64,000 nt of DNA from Azolla caroliniana (lineage: Eukaryota > Plantae > Polypodiophyta): the NCBI GenBank assembly GCA_043228905.1, contig JBHGNT010000011.1:744001-808000 (forward strand), given 5' to 3'. Shown piece by piece: positions 18,790 to 33,012 of this stretch. Made by a program: the position numbers and the translations under genes. How positions within the stretch are numbered: the first letter of the stretch is position 1; each line of letters begins with the position of its first letter. Under the pieces are notes generated by a model that was given only the letters and a program-made list of their open reading frames with translations, made no database searches and had not been told where the DNA came from.

Positions 18790-19300
18790 GCCATGGATCC
18801 TTTGTTTGATGAAATTGATTGAGCATTTCCTCAAATTTCCCATTCTCAACATATCTTGCAATCATGCATTCCAAGAGACTTGTTCCTAGACTGAAAGCCT
18901 ATGAAATACTACCTGTGCCTCGGCAAGTGACCCACATTTCACATACATATCTACTAATGTATTGCCAATGAAATAATATATTTCAACAACTTTTTGTACA
19001 ATATCCTTGTGAATTTCATTGCCTACTAATGTAGCTCTAATGCTACCACATGCTTTCAGGCAACAAACAAGTGTGACACAAGTCTTTGCATTTGCACAAA
19101 GAGGGAGACTGTTGTCTCACTAAATCCATGTTCCAGATGTCTCTAATACCACAGTAAGCAAGTCCTTCAGATTCCCACACATTGTTTGAGTCCAAGAAGA
19201 GTTCATTGTTGTCTTCAAAAAGATTGTATAATTCAAGAAGCATGCCAAACTGCATGAAGCCAACACAACAATTGAAATCCTATTTCAAACATTCGAGGAT
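18790..19300 (-). pseudogene. Decayed PLS-PPR gene fragment
   Basis: Minus strand reads CLKACGSIRATLVGNEIHKDIVQK...FIGNTLVDMYVKCGSLAEAQVVFHRLSV*EQVSWNA*, with stops and frameshifts. Outer limits approximate. Confidence 0.8.
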
Positions 19301-22300
19301 GACATGGTTCTCTCTAAATCTCCATTTAAAATTGCCCATACTGCCAATATGGGTCCACACCAAACCATACCACAAATTGTTTGAGTCAAGGGAGAGTTAA
19401 GTGTTGTCTCCAAATAATGTTCAAATAATGTTTGTCCATAATAAAAGTAAGATTTAGGATCAGTAAAACAAAAACCTAGTCTTACAACCTATTTCGTACT
19501 GTGAAGATATACATAGTTGCACAATCCACTCAATAACATCAAAGATGGGTCTATTATCCAAAACGTTTTTGAGCTCTTTATAACGTTTTGCTAAAGTAGG
19601 CAATGTTGTGTTTGATGGTGAATTGTGATTGCTTGCCTTGAATATGCAAACTAATATTATTGGGTGTATGCAAACTAATTTTCTTGATGTCATATTAAAG
19701 TTGTCATCTTGATAGTATTATTTAAGAATCTATCTAAACTCAAGCATTCACTGCAAATTTCCTAGTGTATGTGATGTCCTATCTGTCCGTGACAATGTGC
19801 CTATCATGTTGTGGGATGCAAATATATCTTCTCACATTATGATATATTTGTCATTTAACATTTGACGAGAATAGTTTATTTAAATTTGTTAATCTATTGT
19901 CAATAGGTTTACCCTTTACCATTATAAGTATGATGAGAAATATCTATCATGTATGTTCCACTATTATGTTCTTCTTATGTTTGACAATCTTCCGCTTATG
20001 AGGAAAACAAGCAAAGTAGACAATCTTTTCTATCAAACAGTCATAGCCTAAAACTAAGATGGTCTATAATTGCTAATTTGTGTGGTATTACAATGGGAAC
20101 GACAATCTTAGAGTCCTTAATCCCATATGTAGAATATCACAAGTAGAAACGACATTGTTTGATTCTCCAACGAGTCCAAAAGGCATTTTAGTTGGTGAGG
20201 TAAAGACGATATTTTGTGTTTTATGTGTTATTGGAATTTGGAAGGTTGAAGCAAGTTCAACAATATTTGTTCCCCCCCAAAGATGTTGATTGTTGCTAGC
20301 CCTCATTATGAGTACGGAGAATGACCAACGTCCTTGTTCCATGATACTTTAGAGAAGTTACCTCGGGAGTCATGCTAATTCATAACCTTAGTGATAAAAT
20401 GTTTAATGTTGGAGGCGTCTAAGAGTCATCATATTCACCTTAGATGAAGCTCTTAAGTTTGAGCTATAGCAAGTAGATGACACAAAGAGCCCCTAACCAT
20501 GTCCCAAAAAAATAATTCTTTCAATATAGTATAACCACAAATAAATTTGACACAATTGAGGTAATATAGTGTTTGTTTGCAAATATATGGAGCATTGCAT
20601 ACATCAATGCTCTTGAGAGTCCCCCTAATATCTTATCACCATAGTCTTCGAATCAAAAAATTTAGAGACCCAAGTTCATTGCGATGGGCTCAGCCCCATC
20701 CCACAAATCACAATTGGTCTCCCATTGAGATAAAAATTAGTATATGTATCACCAATGGAACAACATGTTCATATAAATAAGTAATTGTATTATGGCATCT
20801 CCAAGAAAGATGATGTGGTACACAAATGCACATGACAAGTTTCTTTAAATGAGTTCAACATGTGATTCCACAATGTGATTCTAGCACCAATCGCACAAGT
20901 GATATTTTAGGAAAACCCACCAATCGCATTAAGAAAAATGTGTTGATGGAAGTATAATTGAGTTGTTTATACATAATCACTTGTAAGACCTCTTGATTTT
21001 ATAGCATTGTCAAGGGTATACCTAGGCTTAATGTATTGGGAACATACATGAAAAGGTAACCGCGTTTTTCTTTCTTAATCAATTTGTAAATTGATGTAAT
21101 GGTATCATTAGGTAGTTACCTTTTAAGCTTGCCTAATCTCATAATTATCTAAGCCTAAATCTTCAAGTTTAGTTTCATAACCATTAGCATCATAGATTAT
21201 AACATGTCTACCTCAAAAAAATCTTATATGTTGGCATACGCTTCATTATTTTGTTCATATTCAAATAAATGTTAAGGTTTCAAAGTTGAAACTCTTTCTA
21301 AAGAATATAAAATCCAGTTTGTTGGGAGTTTCCAAGGATACACATTATATCTTGTTTTGTCAGAGGGTCTTCATGTCATTAAAATATGCAATGCTTAACA
21401 AGCATGGTCAACCATAAGATTAGCATGACAATAAACTATGCTTCATGTATCTAAGGTTGAACCTATAATATTTGGTGTTCATTTTCATAATATATCTCGA
21501 CCCGATATCTGTATTCTTTATACATCAATATTTTAACATTGATAGCAAGAAAAAGTGTTATTGAACTCATTGCATGATGGTAAGACAAGGTGCTATCAAA
21601 TATATTATGATGTTTTGATATGGCTTGGTATATTAGTCATTGTGAGAAATTATACTAAAGTATTTCAAACGCATGTGCTTTCATATCATAAAGAAATTCA
21701 CACATAATATTGTAATTGTTCTATTCACACGTGCATGTGACATTTTGCCAATTTAAAAGTGGAATTGACATTCATCAAGAAATAGATTTGATTGCATAAT
21801 TGTGTTGTTTTACTATGACCATAAATTCTATCATGCCTTTGGATAAATTGGTTAATGGTGCGGAAGCCCTCTGAAATGTTCCAAATTCTTTATTTTTTTT
21901 GTCGCCAATGTAATTATATCATTTTTCATGGGTTTGTTACAAATGGTGACTCGTTCTCTCATCGAGCATTTTCTAGGAACTTCAGTGAATCAATACCTAG
22001 GCTTGAATGCATAAACAAATGCATCTAAGGATCGACGTTGGTTATCATTTGATTGTTCTCTACGATTTTGGGTCTCGAACTCATAATGGGCCAATGAATA
22101 ACTAGACATACAAGTTCAATGTTCACTCTTTTCTCTTTTGCAACACGATATATCAAACAAGTAATCGACATCCAAGTGAACTAAAGTTTTCAATGAAAGT
22201 CATTATCTTTGTCTAAGATGAGCTCATGGGGCCCCTACACATTCATCATAATATGATCCATTTTGTAGGGTTATACACTTAGTGTTCAGTGGACGCGTCA

Positions 22301-22938
22301 GAATTTGTTTCATAACCTATATCATGAACAATTTTCTTTAATAGTTAGAGTAGCTTCAACACTTATGGAAATATCCAAAATTTGAAGACGTTGGGCATAT
22401 TAATGTCAATAACTTTTGAGTGATATGGACATTAGCTACTATAAGAATGAACTATGCATAAATTGATAGTGAAGAAGTACAACTCCAAGTATGGAAACGA
22501 TTTGTTCATGTTATTTCTTTTGTGTTAGGGAAATATCAAAGACTCCATTGGAAGTGCATTTTTATATCTTTTGGCAGCTTTGAAAAGCGTCAATATTGGC
22601 ATTTGAATGATAAGAGTTAGGTCTACCCACCGTTATTTGTTTACTTTACATGTTCTTTCTAACTCAATCATTTTGCAAACATTAGGTAATTACATAAAAC
22701 AATGGATGAAAACTAGCTAGATTATTTTGAAACCCACCTTGGTAGAGCCATCAATGAGGCTATGATAATGTTAGTTAAAGAGTTAACTCAAATGTAGTAT
22801 ACATTTCCCATTGATGTTGCCTACCAATAAGTTAAGCATCAAGGAAATATCATGAGGAAAGCGCATGTTTTGATAACATGCATTGGTTTTTCAGCATTGG
22901 GTTTAAAAATAAGAGGGGGTCTACTGTGCAAGAGTATA

Positions 22939-23138
22939 TGTCAAGCTACCATATCTACCATACTAGGCGATATTGTCAACCACAATTATTAAATTGAGCA
23001 TAATGTTAACTTGTCCTCGTAGTGAAGCATGAGGCATGTGTCAAGCTACCATATCTACCATACTAGGCGATATTGTCAACCACAATTATTAAATTGAGCA
23101 TAATGTTAACTTGTCCTCGTAGTGAAGCATGAGGCATG
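22939..23138. repeat. Perfect 2 x 100 bp tandem duplication
   Basis: TGTCAAGCTACC...GAGGCATG occurs at 22939-23038 and again at 23039-23138. Confidence 0.95.
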
Positions 23139-24702
23139 GCCATTCCAACATCATGTGGCTATTGGATATTGTACATGATTTATTGTGATATACTAACTAG
23201 CACATAATTGATTGTTAGGTTTGTTGCTTGGTATGAGCCAACAATTGTCATAAAATCAATAGTACGAGTAGGAACAATCACTAGAAAACCTTAGATATAT
23301 ATGTACATAATGCTGAAAGTATTTGCTCCTTAGCTCAATATCAAACCTAACCACCACCTAAGCTCTACCATATTTAGACACACTAGTGGCCACCATCACT
23401 TAGTCATACTTTCTCATTGATTTGATTAATTTTTTATCACTAGGTCCTCCTCGATGTGGATACTCAATAAATCATTAATCTTTATAATCTCACTCACCTT
23501 TCCACACAAAGTTGTCTATTTTTATAAATTAAAAAAGTTGTGTTGAGTGAGAGGGCATTGTTGTTCGAATGGCCAGTGATGATAAAAATGTTGATTATAT
23601 GTACATAAATTTAACATATTAAAATTCATGTCATTCTTGACATCGTTGTTAGGTGAGCAACATTGGTGATTTTCTTCTATAATTTTCCTAGAAATATAAG
23701 AGAAATTGATATAATCATACCAAGACTGTTCTAAAAAAGAATCACTTCTTTTAAATAGATTTCTAATAGACAACTCTCAACATAGAGAAAACAATTACAT
23801 TTAAGACCGAATATTATTTCCAAGTACATTACCATATATCATCTCTAAAATTTAGAAAGTGTTATTCGAAAAAATTTAAGATAAACTTGCGTGTCAATAA
23901 ATTGTGAACTGCAAATGGGGAAGTAAGTTACTATGAATTACAAATTGTAAAAAATGATACATCTACATTGATTGTCGTGTAGTTCTTCGAGTATTTGTTG
24001 AAATTTGACACCACAATGCTACACGTATTGAGGTTTTGTACTTCACTTACACTTGCAATGGATGATTACATTATCAATTCCTTTTTTTACTCATTTAAGA
24101 AAACACCAAGGGCCTCGATTTCGACCTTCCAATAATCGACATCTCTATGTCACTCAAAGTCACACCAATACTTGATGACATGCCAATGCCGAAGGTGATA
24201 TTGTATCCACTGGTACACTTCCAATATCATAGGACCTGCAAACTCGGATTTCCGTAGCTTTCAACTTTGGTCAAACCATAATATACCAACCAACCTTGGA
24301 ATCACATCTGAAATAGCAATTGAAATAAACAATGCTCAATGCCAATCTTCAGCTCTTGTTCCATCATTCCTTAGGTTAGCTTCAAATGCACTAGATTCAT
24401 TACGAGTTCACAAAATGACATTCTTTTCAATTCATGTTTTGGGTGCATTGCAAGACTATGACCAAAGTGCAATTGGAGATCAATCATCTCAAGAAGTGAG
24501 CATCATTACCTTCAATTTAGATGAAATCCGCCTAGTATATGTTTCATTGTCATTGTGATTCAAACTCAAAATGGAGTTATTGCACAATGAAACATATTCA
24601 ACAAATTTCTCCCTTCAAATTTGATGACATCCTCATGATATTTGTAAAGAGATCAAACTCAAGATGGAGTTCTTTCACAAGGTTATAGATTTGGTAAAAA
24701 AG

Positions 24703-24757
24703 TGTTTGTGTGTGTGTGTGTGTGTTTGTGTGTGTGTGCGCGCACACACACACACAT
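24703..24757. repeat. (TG)n-CGCG-(CA)n inverted dinucleotide repeat
   Basis: TGTGTGTGTGTGCG|CGCACACACACACA is a perfect palindrome. Confidence 0.85.
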
Positions 24758-25293
24758 GTGAGTTTCTTCTTATATTGTACCAAGTTAATGCAAATAAACA
24801 TGTAGGTGGTCTCTTAAGCATGGGGATATTGATACTTAAGAGACCATGTAGAGTATCGTGCAACAAATTTGATAATGCTACATGGGGCAAACTAAAAAGG
24901 TAAGTGTAAATGTCATAAAGGTCAAAATAAATGAGCATGAGAACTTACCATCCTCTACTTCCAATTTTCGTTACCTCTAGAATGAGCCAACAGTTCCACG
25001 AGGTTTTTCAAAAATCAATACACATTTGCAAGCCCTAGAGTTCTCATTAAGGTCACTAAGCAAGCATGCATGGCATCAAAGGATGTGTATCAAAGATTGC
25101 CCTGGGTATGGAAGACTTTCAATCATATACTTTTATCTATATCATTTGAGCATTCTTTTATAGAAGAATTCCTACACGTCACAAAACAATACCATTAAGT
25201 TTGCATCCAATTACAAGTAAAGAGAGAACTAGGTGATGATTTAGCATGGATATAGATAGATTATTATCTTTCACATCCATAGAGAGTCTAATG

Positions 25294-25680
25294 TCAACCC
25301 ATGAGATCTGAGTACACAAATTTTCTCAATGTGTGTCTCCTTCCTAGGAAGGGATATTCTTACTCTGAGGCACAAAAATCTATATTATGTGTAAATAATG
25401 CATTACACATGAGCTCAACCCTCTGGGTGGTCTATTAGGTATGACATTCAAGTGATCAACCCCTCTTAATATGTGGGCATGGGTTGATCTCATGAGCTCA
25501 ACCCATGAGATCTGAGTACACAAATTTTCTCAATGTGTTGCCTCCTTCCTAGGAAGGGATATTCTTACTCTGAGGCACAAAATCTATATTGTGTGTAAAT
25601 AATGCATTACAGATGAGCTCAACCCTCTACGTGGTCTATTAGGTATGACATTCAAGTGATCAACCCCTCTTAATATGTGG
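25294..25680. repeat. Near-identical direct repeat of ~184 bp, period 204
   Basis: TCAACCCATGAGATCTGAGTACAC...CCCTCTTAATATGTGGG at 25294 and 25498 with few substitutions. Confidence 0.92.
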
Positions 25681-26513
25681 GTGTAGGGTGCATGGAGATG
25701 ATCAATTCACTATAATCAATCAGCATAGTGTACAATTCCCAAAACTGGGCTTCCCCTCAAATCTCTTACAAATTCTGTCATTTAAGAATCAATCATATTT
25801 TCAAATCCAACACTCCTACACATTGGCCTTAAATCATATTGTAACAAAATGGTATTCCTAGAGGACTCGTCAAGGAAGCTCTCTCAAGGATTTGTGAGAA
25901 GGAACTCCAAAAGGATAATCCAATTATTCTGTTGGATATTATGATTGTCCGCCGTGGGGATAACAAAGAAATTACACTGATGTGATTCCCTTTTGTCCAT
26001 CCATTCATAAAAATAATGTAATTGCACTGGCAAACCAATGACTACCATATTTGAATGATATTACTGAATGTTCTCATACAGTATGGCAACATATAAATAA
26101 ACTCAAGAATATCCTATGGGTATGTACCCAAGAGGTGGTTACAAATAATCAATGATATTACCAAATAATGATATTAATTTAAACTGTAAACTATCAGTCC
26201 ATTTAGATCATCTCTCTCCAAACTAGCTATCATTGCTGTCGTGAAGCTTTTGCCCAATTGGACACAGTGGCAGAGTAATAATAATTTATGCCATTGCAGG
26301 TGGTAAATGAAATGTGAGCACCCACCCAATTTTCCGTAAAAGAAAATTGAAGCACCTAGCATATATAACTAACACTCCATCATGAGGAAGGAACACGAAC
26401 CTAGGTCTTGTCACAATATGCAGATCATGCTGCCTATATTTTCCGAGAAAAGGAACCCGGTGACAGTACCAGATCTCTTTGTAGCAGAGTTTATTATGTT
26501 CATACTTCACTGT

Positions 26514-29500
26514 TCACTTTTCATCCGCTGGTAAAGTTGGGCTGTTAGAACACTTATCAATTTTATGCAATTCTCTGAGCCTTTCAGCTGGATTGCATAG
26601 ACCTGGCAGATCAATAACCGACCATAAGTTGAAAAACAACACAGCGCACCAATAGCATGAGCAGTGATGATCTCCAAACATATGCTACAGTGCAGCACCC
26701 AAACAGAGAATAAACACAACAGACCCATAAACTAGAATGTACATAAAGAAAAGGCAAAGAGAGGTGTCTGGCCCCTATTAATGTGCGCGCACACAATATA
26801 CATATCATTAGCAATGGGCACGGTTTCGGCTCAAACCGAACCGAACCGTGAAGCCATGGTTTAACGGTTTATTGGCTCCAAAAAAAATTAATGGTTAAGT
26901 TTGGATTTCCGATAAACAGTTCAGTTTAGGTTCTAAAACTCAGGTTTATAGGTTTGGTTTAAAGGTTTATAGGTTTTTGGTAAACTTTTTTTTACCTTAA
27001 TAGTTTATTGATTTAATGGTTTTTTATTGATTTTTAATTAATTTAACTTAAATATTTATTTAATTTAATGGTTCAATTAAAGTTTCTTTTATTGATTTAA
27101 TAAATTTAACTTAAATGCTTATTTAATTTAATGTATTTTTGTTTATATAGATGTTTAATTAGTTTGACTTAAGTGGTTAGGTTTAAATTTTTTATTAAAT
27201 GGTTCGGTTTGGTTTCAACTTTTCCCTAAACGGTTTGGTTTTAAATGGTTTGGTTTCAACTTTTTCTTAAATGGTTTGGTTTAAATACTGAGAGTTCATA
27301 AACGGTTTGGTGTGGTTTTTTTTTAATAATCAGTTCGGTTCGGTTTCTTTGCCTTGAAACCGAACCGTCCCATTGCTACATATCATCACATCAACAAAAA
27401 GACATAAGGAGAGGTTTCTAACGTTACCACCTTAACTTGTCAACAATATGTCCCACAAAAAATAAACTAAAAAACAATATGCATGTACCTCCAAACTAAA
27501 TGACCAACCACATGATGATTGCATGAAAACTGTGCCACTGAGATGGAGGAAACATAGGTATATTATGAATGTTAAATGTTACGTGATTAGAAAGTAACTT
27601 GTACATGTAGATAAAGAGATAGCGCCTTACCTGAACATTTCGGAATGTCCCATACAGCAACTGATGTTGATTTACATGTTGGATCACATAGATCTCTGTT
27701 ATCTTCATGATTCACATTCATAGCAAGCATCCATGCCCCAACGGTGACATCTTCATTAATAAAGAACCGGAAACTGTAAGGACACAAGACACTATCAATT
27801 TCACTGAGGCAAATCACTGGTTTAAATCAAATGGCCTCATTCAATTACAAATTTCAATTACAGGTTCCTACATTGCTGGGTATGTAAAGTCTATCTGAAC
27901 ATCTGAGGAGCTTTTTTCTGAGATTTCAGAAATGTTTCATTTTCTATGAGCTTCCATCATACTTGTTTGCCAGAAACTTTTATGTTTAGTTAGATGCATG
28001 GATGCATAGGCAGGATATAGAAATTTCATATGGATCACTATACATTTCATATCTGAACATCTGAGGAGCTGTTTTCTGAGATTTCAGAAATGTTTCATCT
28101 TCTATGAGCTTCCATCATACTTGTTTGCAAGAAACTTTTATGTTTAGTTAGATGCACGGATGCATAGGCAGGATATAGAAATTTCATATGGATCACTATA
28201 CATTTCATCTGTCCAGGTGTATCTCTGTTTCTATTATGGAACATTTAAAGTAAAGTTTGAGAGCTTAAGGAGCTTATTTTCCATGCATGCAAACTTGTCC
28301 ATGCTTCTTTCCTCAAATCTTCATAGACACCAGAGTGAGCCACAATGAGATGACAAATTGGCTCCCTCAATCAAAACATACAAATCAGTATGAAACATAT
28401 TCCGAAGCAAGAGTTGATATTAACCTGTCATTCCTTGCCAGGGCTAGACTGGCAACTACCTCCGATGATAATGCGTAGATTGGCCCATATGCATGATAAA
28501 AGTACTCACTCCCCAACATGTAACCTTGAGGTTCATACCTGTTTAGGATTAACTTCAGAAGTATAACTATCTGCCTTAAGTTTTTACATATACTACGATC
28601 AAATCTTGATGGGCTTGAAGAACCCACCACTTAAACTTTGGATCTGTAATTACTGGCCCTTTTTTCATGCACCCAAGGTAAGTTCGAGAAGATTTTCTAT
28701 CCTTGGCCAGCAAAGTTGCTAGACGATCTGAAACAAAATCATAATATTCACAAGGAAAATTATGATGTGAAACATTCATGAACCATTTTCAGACAAATTA
28801 AACAATCTTTAACCTGGACGCAAGTAGATATCATCATCTGCCTTTACATAAAAGTCTGCATCAAAAAGAAGATAGGCTGCTTTGAAAAAGGCCAATCTGT
28901 GTCAAAAGAGGTAAGACATATAATTCACCAGCAAAAACACGAAATAATTCAATTGATTTTAATATAGGGTTCTTCATTCATCTTAGAGTATGTGCAGACT
29001 TCTCATACGTTTTCCTCGGGAGATTCAAATATTCTTCTTCAAAATCTATGCGCATGAAATCCTTGTATGTTTCGATCTCTTTGTCCAGTTCTGCCATTTT
29101 ATGTGGATCTGATGTCTTTCCAATAACAAATCTAAATGCCAGCCCTGTTGCCTGCTCCAATCTGCAAAAAGGGCAGTGTATATTCAGTTCTACGTGTTAA
29201 ACCAGAGTGACAAAAAAAGGAAAGTTTCTTTCTCTTAGCTAAGTATCCTTGTCTAGAAACTAGTTTGGTTCTTTGGATCTGGTTGTACGGTCGGTCTATG
29301 ACCCCCAGATGCATTCAGCACCCCTGAGGTGATCTCGTAGATCCTACAGGATGAGGGAAAGATTTGGGTTTCCTAGACATAATTGATATTCCTAATTATG
29401 TATCAAATGGTTTCCTATAGATATAGATATAGATATTTTTAACGCCAATACAGAGGCCAATATTGACCCATGGGACCTCTAATTATGATGTCCACCATTC

Positions 29501-30799
29501 CATTCATTCATCCACTTAGTCTCCTATGGTCCCAGTAGGACTCAAACCTGAGAGAGAGAGAGAGAGATTGAAGAAGAGCACAATAATAAGTTAAAACAAA
29601 AAAATTCATCAATATATTGAGTAGCCAACGAAAAATGTAAGCGTGAATCTGCACTACCAGACATCTCAATAACAGTAGATTTTATCAACCACATAATGAC
29701 CACATGAACTACATGCTCAATGAGTCAAAATCTATTACTTTATAAACTTATTTCTCCAACAGTTGGAATCAAATTACATGATACTTATTTTTCCAATCAA
29801 AAGGAATACATTTTAAAATATCCATTCACTTTAGTTAATAGAAAAGCAAATTTCATTTTTACTGCCTCCAGCCTCACCATTTTGTAGCCTTCATCATTTT
29901 TTGTCTGCCTGTGTGTTTGTGCATTGCTAAAATTTCAACTCAAAAAGGATTAAAAAATAATTGCAGAAACAGACTTCGCTGTACATATAATGTGTTGTGC
30001 ATGTATGTATGTCAAATTTCTACTTTCATTCGTATATCCTTTCATCTCTGCGTGCTCATTCAATATCTCTCATTTTGGCATTTAATTATCTTATGCAATC
30101 CAATAAGAGTTTCAAAGAAAGCATAAAGCCACTATTAGAGATAAACCGGAACATATCTAGGTAAACGCTGTTTATGAAGATCACCAAAATTCTCAACGAA
30201 TGCTAAGAGATGCTTGTGATCTTTAAGGAGACAATACAAGTAAGTGTCTAAGACGATCATATCTATTACAGTTTACATGGAGGTGAAAAAACTTTGGGAA
30301 CACGAGGGGTAAACAGAAAAGATTGAGGATACCTGAAAAGACCTTCAGGTTCCGCAGGGAACCACGTCTCTCGCAGCGCTTTCCTTCTATCAACCGAACC
30401 AAATCCAGTCTGAACACCAACAAAGCCTAATAGCTTTGGCCTTGAGAGGCTATCTCCACCATCTAATGGCAGAAGATCTTGACCAACCAAAGCCTGATCT
30501 GAGCCATGCTTTGTCCCTCCTGCCCAACCAGGGTATTTCTCTCCAGGCTTAATGAAGGTAGATCTCAAGGTATCCTCCACATTAATGCAATTACAAGATG
30601 ATCGCCGTTGGCGTTGATCATCATCATTATCTGATCTCGAGAAAAACGATGCAGTGTCCCACTTGAAGACAGCAAGTGCAAATACTGCTACGAAGAGAAG
30701 GAAAAAGAGCAAAATCTGACACTGAGAAAGCTTCAATGATTTCAGAAATCCCTTCTCTTGCACTCGGAAAGGTCCAGACTTTTTTGGAGATGAAGGCAT
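26514..30799 (-). CDS. GT31-family beta-1,3-galactosyltransferase (B3GALT12-14-like type II membrane protein), 7 exons
   Basis: Exons 30799-30333, 29161-29009, 28896-28814, 28727-28628, 28538-28425, 27773-27631, 26602-26514. N-terminal TM helix; [36 protein letters not shown] (DxD), [34 protein letters not shown]. Confidence 0.93.
26809..27378. mobile_element. Non-autonomous hAT-type element (MITE), 570 bp, in the last GT31 intron
   Basis: TIR TAGCAATGGG...CCCATTGCTA; perfect 8-bp TSD CATATCAT (26801-26808 and 27379-27386); subterminal AACCG/CGGTT arrays; AT-rich non-coding core. Confidence 0.93.
27893..28208. repeat. 2 x 158 bp intronic tandem duplication
   Basis: ATCTGAACATCTGAGGAGCT...CATTTCAT at 27893 and 28051 with a few substitutions. 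Confidence 0.93.
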
Positions 30800-30855
30800 G
30801 CTGGTAGATCTCCAAATGAAGGTGTAGAATGGGGGAAAAAGGCTTGAAGCTCAAC

Positions 30856-31468
30856 AAATTCTGATCATAAACCCAAACTTTGATCTTGTCTCATGAAAGA
30901 ATCTATAACCTTGAACTTCGCCAAATTGATGATTTGTCTGAGAATCGGACTATAATATGATCTCCTGATAACTATGAGAACTCAAAAATCAAAAACCCTA
31001 TCACTGTTGTAATTGCGTCAAAGAGATTCTACGCTTTGATTTTCTTCACTTTACTCCAAAAAAATCCATTTACCTTAAGGATAGAATCTAGATGTGATTT
31101 CTAACCGATATTTGACAAAATTTTGATCATAAATCCTAACTTTGACCCTGGTCTCATTTGCGAGCATATAAGATTTCAGTTCATCACTAATATGCTGTCT
31201 TGTCTGAGCACATATAAGCTTTCAGTTCATCCTAATATGTCTTAGAATCAGATACGTGTAATCTTCCCACAAAATCAAGTGGTTTAGCAACTAGTCCTTA
31301 TTGAAAACTGTAATTGTGGTCTCGCCAAAGAACCAAATGCATCGGTTTCATCAATTTACGCACAAAATGTGCTTCCTTTGATGATCAGATCGTACAGATT
31401 ATTGCAACGGTTACATGGATTCTTCACCCAATTCTGGCCATAAACCCTGATTCTGCTCTGGTATCATC
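30856..31468. repeat. Diverged ~260-310 bp triplication upstream of the GT31 ATG
   Basis: AATTYTGRYCATAAAYCC...GTMTCAT-like block at ~30856, ~31117 and ~31430, with shared downstream blocks; local duplication at 31161/31206. Confidence 0.6.
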
Positions 31469-31805
31469 AAAAATTCTGTTCTGATCTAATAAATAAAAAA
31501 CGAACCTAAAGAGCTTTTGATCTTATACGGATGCGATCAGTAAAAGAATCCCAAGTTTTACTGATCCCAAGCGACACGATACACCAAACTGCGCTCAGTT
31601 AAGAAAACTGTGCCATGAGATCATGAGGTCGTGAATTTCCAAGAGACCCACAAGAGAGACAGAGAAGATCCGAAGCTGCGCGAGAGGGAGATATGGTGGC
31701 TAGCGCAGGAGGGGAGGCCTGGAAAGAAGAGAAAGGGGAAGGGGGGGGATGCATATCTATCTCCCCTCTTCCATATCTATCTCTCCATCCCCTGCTTCCC
31801 ACTTT

Positions 31806-32240
31806 TCTCTGTCTCTGTCTCTGTCTCTGTCTTTCTGTCTTTGTGTTTTCTTTTTGAAATTTGCTTGTTAGATAGAAATTAGAATAAAGAAGAAGATTAA
31901 TCAAATGAAAGTGGTATGGTAATTTGGGCTCAAAGATCATGGATATGTCTCTCTCTCTGTGTTTGTGTTTGTGTCTGTGTTTGTGTTTGTGTCTATGTTT
32001 GTGTGTTACGGGTGCTCGGGTCCGTGTCTCACACTCTCGGATCTTCACCCTCCATCCCATCTGACATGCATACACCTGGACTCGGCAGATGCCATAGCGA
32101 TTAACTCACTTCGGTGATCATAAGCGCGCCTCCTACATACATTTACATATAGATAGATAAGATCAGCAAGATAGATGTATAGATAGGTATATATTTCGTG
32201 AAATGCCCGTGTACAAGGTGGTGGTGGTGGTGGTGGTGGC
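31806..32240. repeat. Compound microsatellites (CTCTGT)n, (GTGTTT)n, (GGT)n in the GT31 5' region
   Basis: Read directly from sequence. Confidence 0.8.
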
Positions 32241-33012
32241 CGCAATACGAAAACTTGTCTCCCCGTTGATGCCCTCGTAGTTGGTCATTGTTGGTTGTGC
32301 GTCTCTGTCTGTGTGGCCGTGTATGTCAGAGAACCTGCGTTTTTCTGATTGCGCCATTCATTCATTACCCGTGTGGAGAGACTCAGAGCATGCCCACATT
32401 TCTACATGCTCACTCGAAAAAGGCACAAACTCGCAATTAAGACATGGGAATTTCGTGAACGATCTTTGACCATCTAGCAAGTTTGAGCTCCACACTTAAA
32501 ACTAGGTTGCAAAAAATTCGAAAGTCATAGAACTCATTTTAGTGCAATGAAAGATGTCAACATCCACAATCATGATCATAACAAAAACAATCATCAATTT
32601 GTTGACAAACCGGTCACAATTTACAAGTCATAAAACCAATTTAACATGATAAATAGCATTGGGATCTTTATTTCACATGAGAGGTGAAACAATAACACTA
32701 CGTTGCAAACTATTATAGCTATCGCTTTTTACATCATATCTTTTCAATCGAAACATTATTGTTGTGTGTTTTTACTTAAAGGATGCAAACCATCAAAAGT
32801 ATGTATGAGCAAGCCACAACTATAAAATGATCAATATGCCGAAAACATGTTCTTCGAAATTTTGGTTTTTCATATGTGAGACAATGGAAAAGACTTTTTC
32901 TTTCAACGATGGTGTCCTACAATGCAAAAACACAAACAAATTAGAGAGATGATACATGTAACTAGGAACGGAAAGCTATTACACAAGAGCATGCTACAAA
33001 AAACACTAAGCA

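Noticed and set aside
31599-32245. ORFs with HKHR, RQ or poly-P runs
   Set aside because: Translations of microsatellites; the same applies to ORFs at 181, 39274 and 42556.
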